From the NCBI GenBank assembly GCA_012295275.1, contig CM022674.1, forward strand, positions 14,756,001 through 14,820,000: a stretch of DNA of 64,000 nt. Direction: 5' to 3'. The position numbers and the translations under genes are program-made. Source of the stretch: Chrysomallon squamiferum (Eukaryota; Animalia; Mollusca). Below are positions 32,785-64,000 of this stretch, one piece after another (the stretch's first letter is position 1; every line of letters starts with the position of its first letter). The notes beneath the pieces were generated by a model that made no database searches, had not been told where the DNA came from, and saw nothing but the letters and a program-made list of their open reading frames with translations.

Positions 32785-33699
32785 TTTGGAAGCAATAGTA
32801 GTAGTAGAAGTAATTGCAGTAATAGTAGTAGTACAGTATATGCATTATTTACCTTCATATGTTTGCTATTCAAAGAGGTTGATTAGTGAGTCTGTATTGA
32901 TTAACAAAGAGTCTGACGAAAAATATTCCACAAATGTAAACAAAGACTCTGAATAAGCCAGTTAACTGGTTAGGTGTGTATATACATGCACACATGCAGA
33001 TATAAATACATACGTACATGCGCAAGTATCTACCACACACACACACACATACAATGTACCTACATAAGTAATATTCAGAGTATGGATGTAAGTATTAAAT
33101 TATAAAGTATAATGCTTTTAATTCATGAGACAAACGAAATAATATAAATTTGATGTTTATTTTCAGACAACTGTAGTCAGTTTACTGCAGACTCAGTCTT
33201 TTAAGATCCTGTTCAATCTTTATTAATTTATATCCTACCCCTCATTCCTCTCATACTCCCCTCTCTTTCTTTTTCTACTGAGAAGTGAATGGGCAAGCAT
33301 GAAACTGATACACAGAAATGTACACACACAAATACGACACGCAAATATGCAGACATAATCCATATAATGATTCACAAAAAACAAACATAAAGTATTTTGC
33401 AATAATGTTTGTCACGAGTACAATGAAACACTAGCTGGTGAGTACACCAATTATTCAGAGAGAGTACTACGCACGCAGTGTGCTTACTCGGCTCAGTCGC
33501 GGAGTAACACATGACGTCAGTGGGAGACGCTAACTGTAAACCATATCTGACGTAATTTATTAATCCAGACATCAGACCATCACAAACATTTAGGCTTTTT
33601 AATCACAACACAAAAACAACACGAAAACAAGTCAACTTAAATCGCAGTTCTTTATTTCTTTCGTTATCAGATCCATATTAGCTTCACTGAATCATGAAT

Positions 33700-36600
33700 G
33701 TAGTGTACTTCAGGTTAGAGTAATTTAGTATATTGATGTCTAGTGTAGAGTAATTTAGCACGAAGTAGTCTAGTATTTTATTGTGTTGTACTGCACTGAA
33801 GTGTGTTAGTCTAGTATTTACGTGTGTTATACGTAGTGTAGTATGATGTGTTACGGTACTGTAGTGTTGTACTGTACATACTGTAGTGAGGTGTGTTACA
33901 TGTGCAGAGCAGAGCGTGATGTGTTACGTGTGTTGTACGTAGTGTAGTATGATGTTACATGTGTTGTATTGTACAAACTACAGTCTGATGTGCGACATGC
34001 ATTGTACTGTAAACAGTGTAGTGTGATGTGTTACATGTGTTGTACTGTAAACAGTGTAGTGTGATGTGTTACATGTGTTGTATTGTACATAGTCTAGTGT
34101 GATGTGTTACATGTGTTGTACTGTACATAGTCTAGTATGGTGTTACTGTACATAGTCTAGTCTGGTGTGTTACGTGTGTTGTACTGTACATAGTCTAGTA
34201 TGGTGTGTTACGTGTGTTGTACTGTACATAGTCTAGTCTGGTGTGTTATGTGTGTTGTACTGTACATAGTCTAGTATGGTGTGTTACGTGTATTGTACTG
34301 TACATAGTCCAGTCTGGTGTGTTATGTGTGTTGTACTGTACATAGTCTAGTCTGGTGTGTTACGTGTGTTGTACTGTACATAGTCTAGTCTGGTGTGTTA
34401 CGTGTATTGTACTGTACATAGTCCAGTCTGGTGTGTTATGTGTGTTGTACTGTACATAGTCTAGTCTGGTGTGTTATGTGTGTTGTACTGTACATAGTCT
34501 AGTCTGGTGTGTTATGTGTGTTGTACTGTACATAGTGTAGTGTGATGTGTTATGTGTATTGTTCTGTACATAGTGTAGTGTAGTGTAGTGTGTTACTTGT
34601 ATTGTACTGTACATAGTGTAGTGTAGTGTGTTACATGTATTGTACATAGTGTAGTGTGGTGTTACGTATTGTACTGTACATAGTGTAGTGTAGTGTGTTA
34701 CATGTATTGTACTGTACATGGTGTAGTGTGGTGTTACGTATTGTACTGTACATAGTGTAGTGTAGTGTGTTACATGTATTGTACTGTACATAGTGTAGTG
34801 TGGTGTGTTTGTACTGTCTGGTGTGTTACATAGTGTAGTGTGTTGTACTGTACATAGTCTAGTGTGTTACGTGTATTGTACTGTACATAGTCTAGTCTGG
34901 TGTGTTACGTGTTGTACTGTACATAGTGTAGTGTAGTCTGGTGTAGTGTAGTGTGTGTGTTACATGTACATAGTGTAGTGTGGTGTGTTACATGTATTGT
35001 ACTGTACATAGTGTAGTGTGGTGTGTTACATGTACTGTAGTGTGTACATAGTGTAGTGTAGTGTGTTACATGTATTGTACTGTACATAGTGTAGTGTGGT
35101 GTGTTACATGTACTGTACATAGTGTAGTGTAGTGTTACGTATTGTACTGTACATAGTGTAGTGTAGTGTGTTACATGTATTGTACTGTACATAGTGTAGT
35201 GTGGTGTGTTACATGTACTGTACATAGTGTAGTGTAGTGTGTTACATGTACTGTACATAGTGTAGTGTGGTGTGTTAGTGTATTGTACATAGTGTAGTGT
35301 GGTGTGTTACATGTACTGTACATAGTGTAGTGTGTAGTGTGTTACATGTATTGTACATAGTGTAGTGTGGTGTGTTACATGTATTGTACTGTACATAGTG
35401 TAGTGTAGTGTGTTACATGTATTGTACATAGTGTAGTGTGGTGTGTTACATGTATTGTACTGTACATAGTGTAGTGTGGTGTGTTACATGTATTGTATTG
35501 TACATAGTGTAGTGTGGTGTGTTACATGTACTGTACTGTACATAGTGTAGTGTGGTGTGTTACGTATTGTACTGTACATAGTGTAGTGTAGTGTGTTACA
35601 TGTATTGTACTGTACATAGTGTAGTGTGGTGTCTTACATGTACTGTACATAGTGTAGTGTAGTGTGTTACATGTATTGTACATAGTGTAGTGTGGTGTGT
35701 TACATGTATTGTACTGTACATAGTGTAGTGTAGTGTGTTACATGTATTGTACATAGTGTAGTGTGGTGTGTTACATGTATTGTACTGTACATAGTGTAGT
35801 GTGGTGTGTTACATGTATTGTACTGTACATAGTGTAGTGTAGTGTGTTACATGTATTGTACTGTACATAGTGTAGTGTGGTGTGTTACATGTATTGTACT
35901 GTACATAGTGTAGTGTAGTGTGTTACATGTATTGTACATAGTGTAGTGTGGTGTGTTACATGTATTGTACTGTACATAGTGTAGTGTAGTGTGTTACATG
36001 TACTGTACATAGTGTAGTGTAGTGTGTTACATGTACTGTACATAGTGTAGTGTGGTGTGTTACATGTATTGTACTGTACATAGTGTAGTGTGGTGTGGTA
36101 CATGTATTGTACATAGTGTAGTGTGGTGTGTTTCATGTATTGTACTGTACATAGTGTAGTGTAGTGTGTTACATGTACTGTACATAGTGTAGTGTGGTGT
36201 GTTACATGTACTGTACTGTACATAGTGTAGTGTAGTGTGTTACATGTATTGTACATAGTGTAGTGTGGTGTGTTACATGTACTGTACTGTACATAGTGTA
36301 GTGTAGTGTGTTACATGTGTGTGTAGTGTGGTGTGTTACATGTACTGTACATAGTGTAGTGTGGTGTGTTACATGTATTGTACATAGTGTACATGTACTG
36401 TACATGTACAGTGTGGTGTGTGTATGTACTGTACATAGTGTAGTGTGGTGTGTTACATGTACTGTACTGTACATAGTGTAGTGTGGTGTGTTACATGTAC
36501 TGTACTGTACATAGTGTAGTGTAGTGTGTTACATGTACTGTACATAGTGTAGTGTGGTGTGTTACATGTACTGTACATAGTGTAGTGTGGTGTGTTACAT

Positions 36601-36825
36601 GTACTGTACTGTACATAGTGTAGTGTAGTGTGTTACATGTACTGTACATAGTGTAGTGTGGTGTGTTACATGTACTGTACTGTACATAGTGTAGTGTAGT
36701 GTGTTACATGTACTGTACATAGTGTAGTGTGGTGTGTTACATGTACTGTACTGTACATAGTGTAGTGTAGTGTGTTACATGTACTGTACATAGTGTAGTG
36801 TGGTGTGTTACATGTACTGTACTGT
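33700..36825. repeat. About 3.1-kb compound satellite built from 5-7-mers (GTGTA, CTGTA, CATAG, TTACAT), units about 35-42 bp
   Basis: Recurring tgtactgtacatagtgtagtgtggtgtgttacatg variants. Confidence 0.93.
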
Positions 36826-37109
36826 AGACAGATAAGTGTGATATTGTACAGTAAACAGGTACAGTGCACTGACGTTTGATGAATCTTGTTTGTAAAAGGA
36901 AATGTACTTCTGTCTCGGTTTGGTCCATGTATTTGAGTTAGCTAGTGATGTACTGCTGTAGTGGGTGTGGTTTGTGAACGTGAATGGAAACATATAAACT
37001 GGTTTGTCGTTCATAAGTGAGACAGATAGATGGGAAGGAGAGTGAAAGAAAGAAAAAGACATGTATCAGATTATAAAGAAGACAGAAGCAAAAATTTATA
37101 AACATATAA

Positions 37110-37157
<48 letters not shown>

Positions 37158-39762
37158 TAATAATGATAATAATAGTTATAGTAAGAGTAATAATAATAAT
37201 TATTATTATATTCATCATCATCATGAAAGTTCAGAAAACATATTATTTTCGTTACTAATTATAACATTTCAGGGCAAAGAGAAAATGTGAGTTCAATCTG
37301 ACGTATGACAGGACACACAATTATAAACTGGAATACGTTTACACAAATTAACACAATCTATATATTAATAATATCATGTACCTATAAGGAATATATAAAT
37401 TATTGAAACAATCTTCAGAAAAGGAATACATACTTATTAAAACAATCTACAGCAAAAGAATATATAAATTACTAAAACTACAGAAAGGGAACATATATTA
37501 AAACTATCTACATAAAGGGAATATATAAATTAATAAAAATACCTATACAAAGGGAATACATAAATTATTAATATAATCTACTGAAAAGGATTATATAAAT
37601 TATTAAAAGAGTCTACAGAAAGGGAATATATACATTATTAAAACTATTTATAGAAACTGACTTTATATATTAAAACTATCTACATAAAGGTAACATATAA
37701 ATTATTAATGAAGTCTTTAGAAAGGTATATAAATTATCTACAGAAGGAAAAATTCATGTCAGAAATGTTTTCTATTCGTATGCGAGACCGAAACACAAAA
37801 TAACCAAGATTCACGTGAAATTTACAAACTCGTGTAATGTGAAGTGAGTTGTTCGCGGAGTTTTCCTTATTTCCACAAGTAGATGAACTAATCTCCTTAG
37901 CTATAATTGTACACCAACGTGGTATGGCTGTCCAAGATCTGAGTTGTGATTTTCTAAATTTCCATTCAAAGGTTCATGCAAAAGATGTTTTACCTGATGT
38001 TTCTTTGATTATGGATTAATACGTGTGTTTGACATCAGAAAAAATTCTCATTAATAGTAGTAATATTTTTAAACTAATGACAGTACATTACACGACCGTG
38101 TTTCTTAGGGAAATACACACATGTACAGAGACACAAGTACAGACAAATCTACAGACATCTACAGACACATACACACTAACACATGTACACACATTTATAC
38201 ACACACATACACACATTTATACACACACATACACACATTTATACACACACATACACGTACAAACGTATAGAAACACATTCAAACAGATAGACATCCATAT
38301 ATTTATGAAAATACAGATACATATACAAACGTATATATACACACAGACATCTCACACACCCACACATGCACAAACGTATATACTCACATACACATACTCA
38401 CATACACACACTTTTACACACATACATATACATGCACACATTTATATAAAGACATACACATACATACAGACGTATACGCACATACACATGAATATATAAA
38501 CTTATACACACATGAACGTACATACACAAACTTTTACACACATACTATGCCACGATTATCGGTTTTATTACAACTACTACTATCGATGTATTTCTACACC
38601 AACATGTGTAACTACTATTAGTTCTTCTGCTGCTATTAATTCTATTACTATTACTATAACTGTTATTACTACCATTAGCTCCTTTTACTACCATTGCTAC
38701 TACTACCTCTGTTTCTAGTGCTACAACTACTGTTACTACTACCAGTGTTATTGGTACTGATACTGTTATTACTAGAACGGTTGCATTACTGCTTCTGGTA
38801 TTAGGCTACAGTGACGTAACGACATAATTATAGCTTGTGACCAGCTCGTTAAATATTTTTTTGTTTCTGAGAATCTGTTACGCGTTCTGAAAGCTTACAC
38901 AATGTAAAGCGGCAGTATAGCGAGGAAGGCTTGAGGTATTTTCAGCATAGACAGTAAATTAGTGCACAGTATAATATTAAATACATTATATTTTTATATT
39001 ATTATTTTTATTTTATTTTATTAACATTTTCGTAAATATGTTGATGCTATAACCGAAAAATATGGTGTTAAAATAAAAAAAAATGTTTAATGCATTATTT
39101 TTGTACAAGTCTAACTCATTCATTTCTAGGAAACATGATTCTGAGATGTTTATATATATATTGCTGTGTGTAACGTAATTATAAAATATATTTTTCTGTA
39201 TGTGACGTAGATATAAAAGATATCTAGCTGTGTAAGAAGATATAAAATATATCTGGCTGTGTATTATTATTACTATTATAAAACAAATTCAGGAAAAACA
39301 GTTTAAACTTTCCAGGCTGCGCTGTAAGAAAAGCTGTAAGTAAAATTATCTAATTATCGCTGTGGACACCAGATGTGCTGGCACTAAACAGCTCTTCATA
39401 ATTCCGAGTTTGCACGAATGATGAGATCAGTCGTGAGTCGACTGCTAAACACGCCCCTACTTTGACTCATTATAAACATTTTGTTTATGTGAAAAGTCAC
39501 ACCTACGCGTTTCTCTGAGTTTCATGTTCATGTAAGAAACATCAGCCTTAATTCAAAACGTTAGAGATGTGCGTTTACTCGTGTGAACTACTTGAAAAAA
39601 GAAACCCATTAGAATACGCCAAATCCATATTACTTGTATATAGATAAATCATTAAATATAAAGATAAATTGCTAATGTTATAAGCTGTGAAGTAGACAGA
39701 CGTGTGTGTTAGTAACAGACATCATAGGATGACAACAAACACGTACTTTCTTAATGAAAATT

Positions 39763-41575
39763 TATACGTGAAAACCGCTGAATGTGGTAAATATATAAGT
39801 GAAAACTATTGTATGTAAATACATACGTGAAAACTGTTGTATGTAAATATATACATGACAACAGTTGTATGTAAATATATACGTGAAAACTGTTGTCTGT
39901 GGTAAATATACGTGAAAACTGTTGTATGTGGTAAATATATACATGACAACAGTTGTATATAAATATATACGTGAAAACTGTTGTACGTAGTAAATACATA
40001 CGTGAAAACCATTGTATGTAAATATATACGTGAAAACTGTTGTTTGTGGTAAATATATACGTTAGTTGTCTGTGGTAAATATACGTGAAAACTGTTGTAT
40101 GTAAATATATACGTGAAAACTGTTGTACGTAGTAAATACATACGTGAAAACCATTGTATGTAAATATATACGTGAAAACTGTTGTTTGTGGTAAATATAT
40201 ACGTTAGTTGTCTGTGGTAAATATACGTGAAAACTGTTGTATGTAAATATATACGTGAAAACTGTTGTATGTAGTAAATATATACGTGAAAACTGTTGTA
40301 TGTAAATATATACGTGAAAACTGTTGTATGTAGTAAATATATACGTGAAAACTGTTGTATGTAGTAAATATATACGTGAAAACTGTTGTATGTAAATATA
40401 TACGTGAAAACTGTTGTATGTAAATATATACGTGAAAACCATTGTATGTAGTAAATATAAACGTGAAAACCATTGTATGTAGTAAATATATACGTGAAAA
40501 CTGTTGTATGTAGTAAATATATACGTGAAAACTGTTGTATGTAGTAAATATATACGTGAAAACTGTTGTATGTAAATATATACGTGAAAACCATTGTATG
40601 TAGTAAATATAAACGTGAAAACCATTGTATGTAGTAAATATATACGCGAAAACTATTGTATGTTAATATATTAGTGAAAAACATTGTAGGTAAGTACATA
40701 TGTGAAAAAACCTGTTGTTTATAAAATTAAATATATACGGGAAAACCGTTGTATGTACATATACACGTGAAAACGATTGTATTTAAATATAGTCGTGAAA
40801 ACGATTGTATGTACATATAGACGTGAAAACCATTGTATGTACATATACACGTGAAAACCATTGTATTTAAATATAGTCGTGAAATCGATTGTATGTACAT
40901 ATAGACGTGAAAACGATTGTATTTAAATATAGTCGTGAAATCGATTGTATGTACATATAGACGTGAAATCGATTGTATTTAAATATAGTCGTGAAATCGA
41001 TTGTATGTACATATAGACGTGAAAACCATTGTATTTAAATATAGTCGTTAAATCGATTGTATGTACATATAGACGTGAAAACCATTGTATGTACATATAC
41101 ACGTGAAAACCATTGTATTTAAATATAGTCGTAGAAAACCATTGTATGTACATATACACATGAAAACGATTGTATTTAAATATAGTCGTAAAAAACGTTT
41201 GTATGTACATATACACGTGAAAACGATTGTATTTAAATATAGTCGTGAAAACGATTGTATGTACATACACACGTGAAAACCATTGTATGTACATATACAC
41301 GTGAAAACCATTGTATATAAATATATACCTGAAAACCGTTGTATGTAAATATATACATAAAAACCATTGTATGTAAATATATACGGGAAAACCGTTGTAT
41401 GTAAATATACACATGAAAACCGTTGTATGTAAATATATACGGGAAAACCATTGTATGTAAATATATACATAAAAACCATTGTATGTAAATATACACATGA
41501 AAACCGTTGTATGTAAATATACACATGAAAACCGTTGTATGTAAATATACACATGAAATCCGTTGTATATAAATA
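39763..41575. repeat. About 1.8-kb 28-32-bp satellite with ACGTG cores
   Basis: Unit aaatatatacgtgaaaactgttgtatgt and variants. Confidence 0.93.
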
Positions 41576-41714
41576 TATGTAAATTTGTAGGTGATAACTA
41601 TTGTAAGTATTTGGCAGTGTAGTACTATGTGTGTGTGTGTGTGTCTCTCTCTCTACACACACAAACACACACACACAAATGTATACAGTGCTGTTTGAAT
41701 ATATTGATGAAGCC

Positions 41715-41845
41715 TGTTACGTGTGGACGAGTCACGTGACCCGAGCTGACCGCTGACACGGAGAGTGGCTGCGCGCTCACAGGCAGTGGACGAGTCACGT
41801 GACACGGAGAGGGTGACTGCGCGCTCACAGGCAGTGGACAGGGGA
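41715..41845 (+). promoter_or_regulatory. GC-rich proximal promoter/5'UTR of the CAP gene with two GTCACGTGAC E-boxes
   Basis: Perfect palindromes GTCACGTGAC at 41731-41740 and 41794-41803, inside short direct repeats (gtggacgagtcacgtgac x2; ctgcgcgctcacaggcagtgga x2), directly upstream of ATG 41848. Confidence 0.55.
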
Positions 41846-41847
41846 AG

Positions 41848-63682
<21,835 letters not shown>

Positions 63683-63691
63683 GTAAGTAAC

Positions 63692-64000
63692 TCATACTCA
63701 GCACTCCTAGACTGGTTTCACTGTCATACTCAGCACTCCTAGACTGGTTTCACTGTCATACTCAGCACTCCTAGACTGGTTTCACTGTCATACTCAGCAC
63801 TCCTAGACTGGTTTCACTGTCATACTCAGCACTCCTAGACTGGTTTCACTGTCATACTCAGCACTCCTAGACTGGTTTCACTGTCATACTCAGCACTCCT
63901 AGACTGGTTTCACTGTCATACTCAACACTCCTAGACTGGTTTCACTGTCATACTCTACACTCCTAGACTGGTTTCACTGTCATACTCAACACTCCTAGAC
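63692..64000. repeat. 32-bp minisatellite starting 9 nt after a donor and running off the window
   Basis: Unit tcatactcagcactcctagactggtttcactg. Confidence 0.93.

Overview
AT-rich, microsatellite- and minisatellite-dense animal genomic DNA. It looks molluscan, possibly cephalopod; this is inferred from protein motifs and repeat content, not proven. Most ORF-track entries are simple-repeat noise. Three spliced genes can be rebuilt by hand with phase-consistent GT-AG introns. (1) The circadian clock gene period on the minus strand: 23 coding exons, 4987-23433, about 1228 aa, with PAS-A, PAS-B, CK1-binding motifs and Period_C. (2) RANGRF/MOG1 immediately upstream on the same strand: 5 coding exons, 25996-31217, 185 aa. 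(3) A secreted CAP/SCP-EGF-ShKT cysteine-rich protein on the plus strand, 41848 to beyond the window end. Main points of interest: a second, degenerate Period_C/CRY-binding-like domain in the last per exon; a 12-copy double-E-box minisatellite inside a per intron; several minisatellites that multiply real per splice sites; a probable alternative per N-terminal exon; a 580-bp direct duplication around per exon 1; PER-RANGRF adjacency echoing human 17p13.1; and a degenerate hammerhead-like motif. All exon calls are manual predictions without transcript evidence.
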